Origin: Myxococcota bacterium
Lineage (GTDB): Bacteria > Myxococcota_A > Polyangia > Nannocystales > Nannocystaceae
DNA: 64,000 nt
Assembly (NCBI GenBank): GCA_039028615.1
Contig: JBCCHT010000003.1
Coordinates: 320,001 to 384,000 of the forward strand
Direction: 5' to 3'
Part shown: piece by piece, positions 52,775 to 61,528 of the stretch
Position numbering within the stretch: position 1 is the stretch's first letter
Layout: each line of letters starts with the position of its first letter
Made by a program: the position numbers and the translations under genes
The notes under the pieces: generated by a model
What the model saw: only the letters and a program-made list of their open reading frames with translations
Database searches by the model: none
Told to the model about the DNA's origin: nothing

Positions 52775-53925
52775 ACGCCATGCTCGCGGCGATGCTGCCC
52801 GACGCGGCGGCGGAGGTCGACGCCTTCGACGAGGTGATCTTCGCGAACTCCGACCTGTGGCCGGTGCTGCTCGCCGTTCCCGTGGCGGGGCTGCTCTTCG
52901 CCTGGGCGGCGCGACGCCGTCGTCAGGCCATGGAGTCGCTGGGTAACCCCAAGCTCGTCGCGCGGTTGGTGGGCAGCGTCCATCACGGACGCCGGGTGCT
53001 CAGCGCGGTGGCCATGACCTTGTGCGTGGGCGCGGTGGGGCTCGGTCTGCTTCGCCTTCAGTACGGCGGCACGGCCGAGGTCATCCCCGCCAGCGGCCTC
53101 GATGTGGTGCTCGCGGTCGACTACAGCAAGTCGATGCTGGCCCAGGACGTCTACCCGTCGCGGAGCGAGCGGCTCGAGGCCGAGCTGGGGCGCTTCATCG
53201 AAGACGCGGGCGAGCGCGGCGACCGGGTGGGCGTGGTGGTGTTTGCCGGAGCGGCGCGAGGCTTCCCCGTGACGCCCGACATGCGCATGCTGAAGCTCTA
53301 CCTCGAGAAGGCCGATCCTCGCTTCGAGCGGCCGGGCGGCACCTCCATCGGCCGTGCGCTCAGCCGCTCGCTGTCGTTTCTGGTCGACGCCCGCCGTGGT
53401 GTCGACGACGGGCCGCTGCAGGCCAAGGACAGCGACAAGGAACCGGTCGATCTGTCCGCGGCGCCGCCGGCCGAGAACGGGCAGGCCATCGTCTTGCTGA
53501 CCGACGGCGAGGACAACTCCAGCCGGCCCCTCGAGGTCGCCGAAGAGGCGGCCAAGCTCGGCGTTCGCATCTTCACGGTGGGCATCGGCTCCACCTCGGG
53601 CGAGCCCATCCAGACCTTCGACGAGCAGGGCAACCCCACCGGCTTCGTCAAGGACAAGGCCACGGGCGAGTACCGCATGACCCGCCTCGACGAGGGCACG
53701 CTCGAGGAGATCTCGAAGATTACCGGAGGCCGCTACGTCAAGGTCGAGGCCGATCGCTTCAGCCTCGACGAGGTCCGCGACGTGCTCGAGGAGCTCAGCC
53801 GAACCCAGCGCGAGGACACCATCGAGATCCACCGCGACGAGGGCTTCGCCATCCCGGTCCTGGCCGCGCTGGCGCTGCTGTGCCTTTCGCTGGGCCTGGG
53901 TGATCGACGGAAGGTGAAGGCATGA
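52771..53925 (+). CDS. batB: BatB-like VWA domain protein
   Basis: GLDVVLAVDYSKSMLAQDVYPSR, DRVGVVVFAG, LTDGED, IFTVGIG..SGEPI, TRLDEGTL. Confidence 0.88.
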   Translation: MNAMLAAMLPDAAAEVDAFDEVIFANSDLWPVLLAVPVAGLLFAWAARRRRQAMESLGNPKLVARLVGSVHHGRRVLSAVAMTLCVGAVGLGLLRLQYGGTAEVIPASGLDVVLAVDYSKSMLAQDVYPSRSERLEAELGRFIEDAGERGDRVGVVVFAGAARGFPVTPDMRMLKLYLEKADPRFERPGGTSIGRALSRSLSFLVDARRGVDDGPLQAKDSDKEPVDLSAAPPAENGQAIVLLTDGEDNSSRPLEVAEEAAKLGVRIFTVGIGSTSGEPIQTFDEQGNPTGFVKDKATGEYRMTRLDEGTLEEISKITGGRYVKVEADRFSLDEVRDVLEELSRTQREDTIEIHRDEGFAIPVLAALALLCLSLGLGDRRKVKA

Positions 53926-54812
53926 CCGGCGTCGGACGAGTACTGCTCGGGCTGGTGGTGGCGGGGTGGCTCGCCGATCAGCTCGCCCGCCCCGATCGCG
54001 ACGTCGAAGCGGGCATCGAGGCCTACGAGGCCGACGAGCTGGACACCGCGCTCGAGCACTTCGAGGCCGCCATCGCGCGGCACGGCGATCAGCCCGAGCT
54101 CAGCTACGACCGCGGCCTGGTGCGCCTGGCTCAGGGGGAGCCCGACGAGGCGCGACGGGCCTTCGAGCGCGCCAGCGAGACCGAAGACCTCGAGGTTCGG
54201 GCCAGCGCGTTCTACGAGCGCGGCAACGTGGCCTTCGACATCGAGGACTGGGACGGTGCGATCGAGGCCTACATCGAGTGCCTCAAGGCCCGCCCCGATC
54301 ACTCCAACGCCAAGTGGAACCTCGAGCTCGCCCTCCAGCGCAAGCAGGAGCAGGAGGACGAGCAAGAAAACGAGGACGAGGACGACAACGAGGACGACGA
54401 GAACGAGGACGACGGCGGCACCGGAGGCGACGAGACCGGGGGCGATGAAACCGGCGGTGACGAGACCGGCGGAGAGGACTCGGGCGGCGAGACCGGAGGC
54501 AGTGATTCCGGCGGAGAGGACACCGGAGGCGGCGATACGGGCGGTGAGGACAGCGGCGGCGAAGAGTCCGGCGGCGACGAGGGTGACAGCGGCGGCGAGT
54601 CGGGCGAGGATCAACCCCCCGAGGACGACGGCGGCACCGGAGAGCCCCCGCCCGAGCAGGACGGCGGCACCGGAGGCGAGCCTCCACCCCCTCCACCCCA
54701 GCCCGCCGACGAAATGGACCTCCAGCGCGCGCTCGATGAGCTCGATGAGCAAGACCAGTTCCCCCTCGGGCGCATCAACGGAGGCCAACGACCTCCGCGC
54801 GAGGACTGGTAA
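53922..54812 (+). CDS. batC: BatC-like TPR protein
   Basis: TPRs (YDRG, FYERGN, AKWNLELAL), acidic low-complexity region, C-terminal EDW. Confidence 0.82.
   Translation: MTGVGRVLLGLVVAGWLADQLARPDRDVEAGIEAYEADELDTALEHFEAAIARHGDQPELSYDRGLVRLAQGEPDEARRAFERASETEDLEVRASAFYERGNVAFDIEDWDGAIEAYIECLKARPDHSNAKWNLELALQRKQEQEDEQENEDEDDNEDDENEDDGGTGGDETGGDETGGDETGGEDSGGETGGSDSGGEDTGGGDTGGEDSGGEESGGDEGDSGGESGEDQPPEDDGGTGEPPPEQDGGTGGEPPPPPPQPADEMDLQRALDELDEQDQFPLGRINGGQRPPREDW
54423..54602 (+). repeat. Degenerate 15-nt repeats encoding GG(D/E)(E/D)(T/S)
   Basis: GGDET x3, then GGEDS, GGET, GGSDS, GGEDT, GGGDT, GGEDS, GGEES, GGDEG. Confidence 0.85.
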
Positions 54813-54825
54813 CCCGGCGTCTTCC

Positions 54826-56598
54826 ATGGCTCGCTCGATCTCACGACGACGCTTTACTCGGGGCCTGGGCCGGGCGCTGGCCGTGGGCGTGGCCTCGTCT
54901 GCGTTCATCCTCGCGGGTGATGCCGAGGCGGCCATCGAGGTCGCGGCCGAGTCCCGGGTCAGCATGGACATGGCGCGGGTGGGCGACCCCGTGCGGCTGA
55001 CCATGGTTTTCAAGGTCCGAGGGGGCCCCGTGCCCGCCAACATCCCCTGGCCCGAAGCGCTGGCCGACAACTTCACGGTCAGCAACGTCTCGCGTCAAAA
55101 CCGGACCTCGCGGAGCATCTTCGGGGGCCCGAAGGCGGCGGTGCACAGCCTCGAGGTCAAGGCCACCATCACCCCGCTGCGCACGGGCACCTTCGAGCTG
55201 CCCTTCGCGATCGAGATCGAGGGGCAGCGGGTCGACTCCAACGTCCCCGTGCTCGAAATCATCGGCGCCGACGAGGTCCTGCCCGGGCCTCCCCCCGGCA
55301 GCGTGCCCACCGAGCGTCGCGGGCCCGTGTTCCCGTGGGCCCTGGTCGACAAGGACGAGGTCTACGTCGGCGAGCAGATCACCTACGACCTGCAGGTCTA
55401 CGAGGAGCGCTCCTTCCTCGGCATTCACCTGCGCAAGCCGCCGAGCTTCACCGACTTTTTCACCGAGGAACTCGACGGTCGCGAGTCCGAGACCCGGCGG
55501 GTCGACGATGTCGAGTACGACGTGCGCTCGGCCATGCGTCGCGCCTTGTTCCCCCAGCGGGCGGGCACCTTGGAGATCGGCGCGGCCGAGCTGAGCATCG
55601 CGGGGCGGCAGCGTCTGCTGTCTCCCGTGCTGCAAGTGGAGGTCAAGCCGCTGCCCGCCGAGGGGCGCCCCGCTGGTTTCTCCGCCAACAACGTCGGGCA
55701 CTATGCGATCGAGGCGGCGGTCGACAAGAGCAAGCTGGCCGCGAACGAGCCGGCCACCTTGAAGGTCACCATCGAGGGCGAGGGCAACATCAAGCTCGTC
55801 GACCCCGGTACCTGGCCGGAGCTCGAGGGCTTCCGCCGCTACGAGCCCAAGGTCTCCACCCGCGTTCGCAAGGGCGCTCGTCTGGGCGGCGCGCGGAGCT
55901 ACGAGTTCCTGCTCATCCCCGAGCACGGCGGCGAGCTGACGATCCCGTCGCACGAGTTCGCGTACTTCGACCCCAAGGAAGGCCGCTACGAGGTCGCCAA
56001 GACGGAGCCCATCGTCCTGACGGTGGCGGGCGGCGAAGCGCCCGAGCCCGAGCCCGAGCCCGAGGCGGAGCCGGGCGCCGAGGAAATCGCGGACATGCTC
56101 TTGTCGGACGAGCTGCCTCGCCACACCCCGCGCGAGCGCTGGCTGACGCCGACGCGCTGGGCCTACGGCATGGCGGCGGTCCCCATCGTCGCCGCGGCGG
56201 GCCTGGGCGGGGCGGCGCTGTGGCGGCGCTTTGGTCCCGACGAGCAGATGCAGGCCCGAGCGCGACGTCGACAGCGACACCGCGAGCTGATCGACGCCGC
56301 CGAGTCGGCCGTGGGCGGCGGTGAAGGCTTCCACGCCGCGCTCGCCAAGCTGCTGCACGAGCTCGCCGTCGATCGAGCCGGAAACGCGGGCGTGGGCCTG
56401 CCGCGGCCCGAGCTGCTTCGCTTGCTGAACCAACAGGGGGTACCGGCCGAAGACGTCGAGCGGGTCCGCGACTTGCTCGACCGCTGCGACGCCGCTCGCT
56501 TCGGAGCCCAGGGCGACTCTCGCGAGGATCGACAGGCGCTCTTCGACGAGGTCCTCGACCTGATGCGAACCAGCCGCATCGCCAAGGAGGGCTCGTGA
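54826..56598 (+). CDS. batD: BatD-like protein
   Basis: VDKDEVYVGEQI, ALFPQRAG.LEI, VKPLP, VG.Y, IEGEGN, FAYFDP..GRY; SRRRF N-terminus. Confidence 0.82.
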   Translation: MARSISRRRFTRGLGRALAVGVASSAFILAGDAEAAIEVAAESRVSMDMARVGDPVRLTMVFKVRGGPVPANIPWPEALADNFTVSNVSRQNRTSRSIFGGPKAAVHSLEVKATITPLRTGTFELPFAIEIEGQRVDSNVPVLEIIGADEVLPGPPPGSVPTERRGPVFPWALVDKDEVYVGEQITYDLQVYEERSFLGIHLRKPPSFTDFFTEELDGRESETRRVDDVEYDVRSAMRRALFPQRAGTLEIGAAELSIAGRQRLLSPVLQVEVKPLPAEGRPAGFSANNVGHYAIEAAVDKSKLAANEPATLKVTIEGEGNIKLVDPGTWPELEGFRRYEPKVSTRVRKGARLGGARSYEFLLIPEHGGELTIPSHEFAYFDPKEGRYEVAKTEPIVLTVAGGEAPEPEPEPEAEPGAEEIADMLLSDELPRHTPRERWLTPTRWAYGMAAVPIVAAAGLGGAALWRRFGPDEQMQARARRRQRHRELIDAAESAVGGGEGFHAALAKLLHELAVDRAGNAGVGLPRPELLRLLNQQGVPAEDVERVRDLLDRCDAARFGAQGDSREDRQALFDEVLDLMRTSRIAKEGS

Positions 56599-57458
56599 GG
56601 GCATCGCTTCGGCGCGTGAGCACGATGCTCGTGCTGCTGGTCGCGTTGCTCGGCGGAGCACAGACCGCGCATGCCGATGCGGTCGACGAGGCCTTCGTGC
56701 GCGGCAACCAGGCCGCCGAGGCGCAAGACTGGGACGCCGCGATCGAAGCGTACGAAGAAGCGGTCGCGCTGCTGCCCGAGCGCAGCGCGGTGCTCTCGTA
56801 CGACCTCGGCACGGCCTACCTGCACCGCGGTGATCTCGGTCGCGCCACCTATCACCTGCTCCGCGCGCTCGACTGGCGGGGTGGTCCCACGACCGAGCTG
56901 GTCGAGTCGGCGCGCTTCAACCTGGCGGTGGCACGGCGGCGAGCCGAGCTGGCGGCGACCCAGGAGGGAGCCAAGCTCGACCGGGCCGGCACCTGGGATC
57001 TCATCGTCGAAGCGCTCGTGGCGCCCGGGGTGGGATGGTCGGCGCTGGTAGCGGGTTGGCTGGGCCTTGGGATCGTTTGGGTCGGTCGTCGTCGTCGGCG
57101 CCAAGGCCTTCCGTCGAGCACGGTTCTCGGGGCCGGTTTGATCGTTTTGATGAGTGTGTTCGTCGTGTTGGGTGGCCTGCACGGCCTGGCCCTTCGCGCA
57201 GATCGCACTTCACCCGAGGCGGTGGTGCTCGAAGATCTCGTCGAGGCTCGCGACGGTGCGGGCAACCATCGGCCGGTCTCGTTCCGAGTGCAGGGCGGTG
57301 CACGGGTCCGAGTGCTGGGTCGTAGCCCCGGATGGCGACAGGTTCGATTGCCCGGCGGCTTGGAAGGCTGGGTTCCCGAGGACGCGATCGGTGAGCTTCG
57401 CGATCGAGGAACGCGACGGGCCGGGGCTCCGTCTCCGCGCGAGACGGACGAACCCTGA
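56595..57458 (+). CDS. batE: BatE-like TPR + SH3 protein
   Basis: AF.RGN, YDLGTAYL..GDLGRA, two TMs, GWRQVRLPGGLEGWVP SH3b-like end. Confidence 0.82.
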   Translation: MRASLRRVSTMLVLLVALLGGAQTAHADAVDEAFVRGNQAAEAQDWDAAIEAYEEAVALLPERSAVLSYDLGTAYLHRGDLGRATYHLLRALDWRGGPTTELVESARFNLAVARRRAELAATQEGAKLDRAGTWDLIVEALVAPGVGWSALVAGWLGLGIVWVGRRRRRQGLPSSTVLGAGLIVLMSVFVVLGGLHGLALRADRTSPEAVVLEDLVEARDGAGNHRPVSFRVQGGARVRVLGRSPGWRQVRLPGGLEGWVPEDAIGELRDRGTRRAGAPSPRETDEP

Positions 57459-57708
57459 CCGCCTCGTTCGACTCGAGCCCGACCACGGTTGAAACGACCG
57501 TGACGGCAACATCGGTGTGTTCGGTACCGGTGCAATCATTGCCAATCGTGGGCCGTCCATTGCACTGGTTCACTTGTCACCTGACAGCGCACCTTCTCGC
57601 ACGTTGGTGCTCAGTACCGTACCTGGTCCGGGAACGGCTCTAGACCGCGGCGCAGCCCGGATTCTCGTGTGGCGTTTGACCGCTCACCGGGATAAGCTTC
57701 CCGCTAGG

Positions 57709-57990
57709 GTGTTGTCGGTCGTTGCCACGAAGATTCGAACGTCCCACGGTGTGGGGTGTTTGTCTTCGACGTTGGGCCGAATCTACGAGGGTTATTTGCT
57801 TTCGACGCCCGTGGTCGGTCGAGGCATGGTGATCTTCAGAGACCCGAATGGTCGACGCATGGTCACCACCGCCGTACGACGCGTGCTGACGCCCGGCGAG
57901 ACCAACGTGCTCTACGTAGAGACCGAAAACAGCGTTTATCGGATCGCCATCCGCGACGACCGACCGACGGCGGTCACGGCGACCGGCTGA
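57709..57990 (+). CDS. Small hypothetical protein
   Basis: 3' part of ORF 57517-57990 looks coding (YEGYLL..PVVG, RMVTT.VRRVL, YVETENSVYR); start uncertain. Confidence 0.55.
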   Translation: MLSVVATKIRTSHGVGCLSSTLGRIYEGYLLSTPVVGRGMVIFRDPNGRRMVTTAVRRVLTPGETNVLYVETENSVYRIAIRDDRPTAVTATG

Positions 57991-58006
57991 GCCTCGCTCG
58001 TCGTCG

Positions 58007-59170
58007 CTACGCGCGTCGCTGATAGATGGCCACGCGCAGGTATTCGCCTTCGACGTGGCCGGGCGCGATGGGGTGATCGACGTCGGCGCCTCGCGTGGCG
58101 ACGCGAGTCCAGTGCCCGGGCAGAGCCAGCGCGCCGCGATCGAGGTGGTCGAAGCCCAGGTGGTGGCTGCAGCTGCACACCACCAAGTGTCCGCCCACCA
58201 TCAGCTTCGAACCGGCTTGGCCCACGAGGCGCTGCATCGCCGCGCTCGCGCGCGGCAAGTCTTTGCGACGCCCGGCGATCTTGGGCGGGTCGACCACGAT
58301 CGTGCCGAAGGGTCCGGCCATCGCGGGGTCGCGCAGCGCTTCGAACATGTCGGCCTTCACCCACTGGAGACCCTCGAGGCCGTTGAGCTCGGCGTGCCGC
58401 GCCGCGTGCTCGAGCATGGTCGCGCTCTGATCCACGCCCACCGCCTGCACTCCGGCCGCGGCCGCGTGCAGGGCAAAACCACCGACGTGACAGCCGAGGT
58501 CGAGCAAGGGGCCGGGCGTGTGTCGGGCCAGCTCGGCCACGAAGCGACGGTTGGCCCGCTGGTCGAAGTACGCCCCCGTCTTCTGGCTCGGGGGCGCGGG
58601 CACGACGAACTTCAGCCCGTGCTCCACGAAGCGCAGCTGCGGGTCGTCGCCCTCGCGCTCGACCCGAGGCTCGAAGCCCTCCGATTTCGCGGCCGAGGCG
58701 GGGCAGATCTGGTGGATGGGCCCGTCGTGATGCTTGCGGAGCGCAGCCACGATTGCCTCACGCCGGGCCACCATCGGCGCGGTGGTGAGTTGAGCGACGA
58801 GAGTCGTGTCATAGCGATCGACCACCAGTCCCGGGAGCCCGTCGCCTTCGCTGTTGACCAGTCGTAGCCCGGTGGTGGGCTGGCCCTCGAACCCTTGCGT
58901 CGAGCGGGCCGCGAGGGCCGACCCCAAGCGGGTCGCCAGCCAGTCCTCGGGGGGCGGAGTGGGCCCCCAGGTGAGCATACGGACCGGAATTGCCGAGGTC
59001 TCCGAGGCCAGGCCCCAGCCGAGCGGCTCGCCGCGGCGGTCGAGGAGCTCGAGGGTCGATCCCGCGTCTGGAATCCCGATGAAACGGGCGATCTGGCGGG
59101 CGCGGATCCACGGACCCTGCTCAGGCCCTACTTTGCCGGCATCGCGACGGAGCTGGGCTTGGGCGGGCAT
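58007..59170 (-). CDS. RlmI-like rRNA m5C SAM-dependent methyltransferase
   Basis: RLVNSEGDGLPGLVVDRY, QKTGAYFDQRANR, LDLGC..GGF, VVDPP, CSCS, EGEYL; TATCCT-N6-ATG start. Confidence 0.88.
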   Translation of the reverse strand: MPAQAQLRRDAGKVGPEQGPWIRARQIARFIGIPDAGSTLELLDRRGEPLGWGLASETSAIPVRMLTWGPTPPPEDWLATRLGSALAARSTQGFEGQPTTGLRLVNSEGDGLPGLVVDRYDTTLVAQLTTAPMVARREAIVAALRKHHDGPIHQICPASAAKSEGFEPRVEREGDDPQLRFVEHGLKFVVPAPPSQKTGAYFDQRANRRFVAELARHTPGPLLDLGCHVGGFALHAAAAGVQAVGVDQSATMLEHAARHAELNGLEGLQWVKADMFEALRDPAMAGPFGTIVVDPPKIAGRRKDLPRASAAMQRLVGQAGSKLMVGGHLVVCSCSHHLGFDHLDRGALALPGHWTRVATRGADVDHPIAPGHVEGEYLRVAIYQRRA

Positions 59171-59240
59171 CGGCGGAGGATAGCAGCCCTCCGATGAGAG
59201 GTTATCCTGTGGCGGTCGCCCGCTCGGCTCCGCTCCCCTC

Positions 59241-60473
59241 ATGAATGCCAACGAGACTACCCAGCACTTTTTGCAGCAGGCCTTCGACGTTCTCGACATC
59301 GACGAAGAAATGCGGGGGATCCTCATCACCCCGAGCCGCGAGCTGCGGGTCGAGCTGACCCTGCGCCGCGACGACGGCACGATGAAGAACTTCATCGGCT
59401 ATCGGGTGCAACATGACGACGCGCGCGGGCCCTTCAAGGGTGGTCTGCGCTACCACCCCAACGTCGACATCGAGGAGATCCGCTCGCTGGCGAGCCTAAT
59501 GACCTGGAAGACCGCGGTGGTCGGCCTGCCCTTCGGGGGAGCCAAGGGCGGCATCCACGTCGACCCCGAGCAACTCAGCACCCAAGAGCTGGAGCGGCTC
59601 ACGCGGATCTACGTCCGGCAGGTGCACGAGCTGGTGGGCCCCGACCGGGACATCCCCGCGCCCGACGTGAACACCAACGAGCAGGTCATGGCCTGGTTCT
59701 TCGACGAGTACAGCCGGCTGCGCGGGTTCTCGCCGGGGGTGGTCACTGGCAAGCCGCTCGGGCTGCACGGTTCGGCGGGTCGCGCCTCGGCGACCGGGCG
59801 CGGCTGCATGTTCGCCGTGCGCGAGACGCTGCGCGAGGCCGGGCTCGAGCTCAAGGGTCAGCGCTTCGTGGTGCAGGGCTTCGGCAAGGTCGGCTCGTGG
59901 GGCGCTCGCCTGCTGCACGCGCGCGGGGCCAAGATCCTCGCCGTCAGCGACGTCAACGGGGGCATCTTCTCCGCCGAGGGGCTCAACATCCCCGCCGTGC
60001 TCGAGTTCCTCGACTCGCACGGCACCGTGGTCGGCTTCCCGGGGGCCCAGGCGATTTCCAACGCCGACCTGCTCGTCACCGAGTGCGACGTGCTCATGCC
60101 CGCGGCCATCGGCGGGGTCATCACCGCCGACAACGCCCCGCACATCAAGGCCAAGTACGTGCTCGAGGCGGCCAACGGCCCCTGCACGGCCGAAGCCGAC
60201 GCCATCCTCAACGAGCGCGGCATCACCATCATCCCCGACATCTACGCCAACGCGGGCGGCGTGACCGTCAGCTACTTCGAGTGGGTCCAGAACCTCCAGA
60301 ACTTCCACTGGGACGAGGTTCGGGTGAACGACGAGCTCGACAAGGTCATGAGCACCGCGCACGGCAAGATCCGCGACATCATGCGCGCCCACGACATCCC
60401 GATGCGTACGGCCGCCTTCGTGCTGGCGATCCGCTCGGTGAAGAAGGCCACCGTCGTCCGCGGCATCGGCTGA
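59241..60473 (+). CDS. gdhA: Glu/Leu/Phe/Val dehydrogenase (glutamate dehydrogenase)
   Basis: GYRVQH..ARGPFKGGLRYHP, MTWK, GGAKGG, DIPAPDVNT, VTGKP, QGFGKVG, EAANGP, NAGGVTVSYFEWVQN. Confidence 0.95.
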   Translation: MNANETTQHFLQQAFDVLDIDEEMRGILITPSRELRVELTLRRDDGTMKNFIGYRVQHDDARGPFKGGLRYHPNVDIEEIRSLASLMTWKTAVVGLPFGGAKGGIHVDPEQLSTQELERLTRIYVRQVHELVGPDRDIPAPDVNTNEQVMAWFFDEYSRLRGFSPGVVTGKPLGLHGSAGRASATGRGCMFAVRETLREAGLELKGQRFVVQGFGKVGSWGARLLHARGAKILAVSDVNGGIFSAEGLNIPAVLEFLDSHGTVVGFPGAQAISNADLLVTECDVLMPAAIGGVITADNAPHIKAKYVLEAANGPCTAEADAILNERGITIIPDIYANAGGVTVSYFEWVQNLQNFHWDEVRVNDELDKVMSTAHGKIRDIMRAHDIPMRTAAFVLAIRSVKKATVVRGIG

Positions 60474-60481
60474 CATGAAGA

Positions 60482-60504
60482 ACGCCCGGCGCAGGGCCGG
60501 GCGT
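60482..60504. terminator. Hairpin between convergent gdhA and SDR genes
   Basis: ACGCCCGGC / GCCGGGCGT 9-bp stem with 5-nt loop; short pyrimidine tail on the minus strand. Confidence 0.55.
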
Positions 60505-60546
60505 CGAGATGCCCGGTGCCGGCCGGGCAGGAAGTGAAGTCTCGGG

Positions 60547-61410
60547 TCAGCCGAGGCCGAAGGCCTGGCGGAGGCCGGCCTGGACCTGTGCGCTCACGCC
60601 GTTGATGGCGTCGACGCCTTCCTTCATATCGGCGCCGACCGGGACCCGCAGCGGCGGCGTGGCGTTGTCGACGGTGGCCACGATGGCATCGACGACCTCG
60701 CTCGGGTCACCCATGGCGCCGGACTGGACCATCTGCGCGAAGTGGGCGTTGAAGCCCTCGAACATCTGCTTGACCGGGCCGTAGTCGTCGAGCAGGCCCG
60801 CGTTGTCGGCCTGCATGGCGTTCTGGGCGAAGCCGGTGCCGTAGGCCCCGGGCTGGATCACGGTGACCGCGATGCCCAGCGGCTTGAGCTCCATGTCGGC
60901 CGCCTCGGCGAGGGCCTCGAGCGCGTACTTGCTGGCGCCGTAGGGGCCGAGGAAGGGCATGGTCACGCGGCCCAGGGCGCTGCTGACATAGATGATGTGT
61001 CCCTTACCCGCCTTACGCATGGAGGGCAGCACCGCTTGGTTGACGCGCAGCGGACCGAACACGTTGACGTCGAAGATGGCCTGGACCTGTGCGGTGGAGA
61101 ACGACTCCTGCACGCCGAAGGTGCCGACACCCGCATTGTTGATGACGGTGTCGAGCGGCCCCTCCTGGGTCGCTTTGCCGACCGCGGCGGTGATCGAGTC
61201 CTGGTTGGTGACGTCGAGCTCGAGCACGTGCAGCGCGTGGCCACCGGTCTCCGCCCAGGCTCGCAGCCCCTCTGCCGCCGAGCGGTTCTTGCCCTCGATG
61301 CCTCGCATGGTGGCGAACACCGTGTGACCGCCCTCGGCCAGCGCCTTCGCGGTGTCGTGCCCAAAGCCCTGGCTGGCGCCCGTGATCAGGATTCGCTTCG
61401 TGTCGCTCAT
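60547..61410 (-). CDS. SDR-family oxidoreductase
   Basis: ITGASQGFG, LDVT, NNAG, VNVFG, YGASK, IQPG. Confidence 0.93.
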   Translation of the reverse strand: MSDTKRILITGASQGFGHDTAKALAEGGHTVFATMRGIEGKNRSAAEGLRAWAETGGHALHVLELDVTNQDSITAAVGKATQEGPLDTVINNAGVGTFGVQESFSTAQVQAIFDVNVFGPLRVNQAVLPSMRKAGKGHIIYVSSALGRVTMPFLGPYGASKYALEALAEAADMELKPLGIAVTVIQPGAYGTGFAQNAMQADNAGLLDDYGPVKQMFEGFNAHFAQMVQSGAMGDPSEVVDAIVATVDNATPPLRVPVGADMKEGVDAINGVSAQVQAGLRQAFGLG

Positions 61411-61528
61411 TTGGTCGTCCTCGCTCGTCGCCCCTTCGTACGCCACGGCTGGAGCGGCCGTTACCCGCGGTGCGCAGAAGATTCACGGCGTGTGACGTGG
61501 CCCGCCCGATCGGGCGGGGGGTGGCCGG

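Noticed and set aside
57670..57684. Sigma-54 promoter (TGGCGTTTGACCGCT)
   Set aside because: GG-to-GC spacing is 9 nt, not the required 10.
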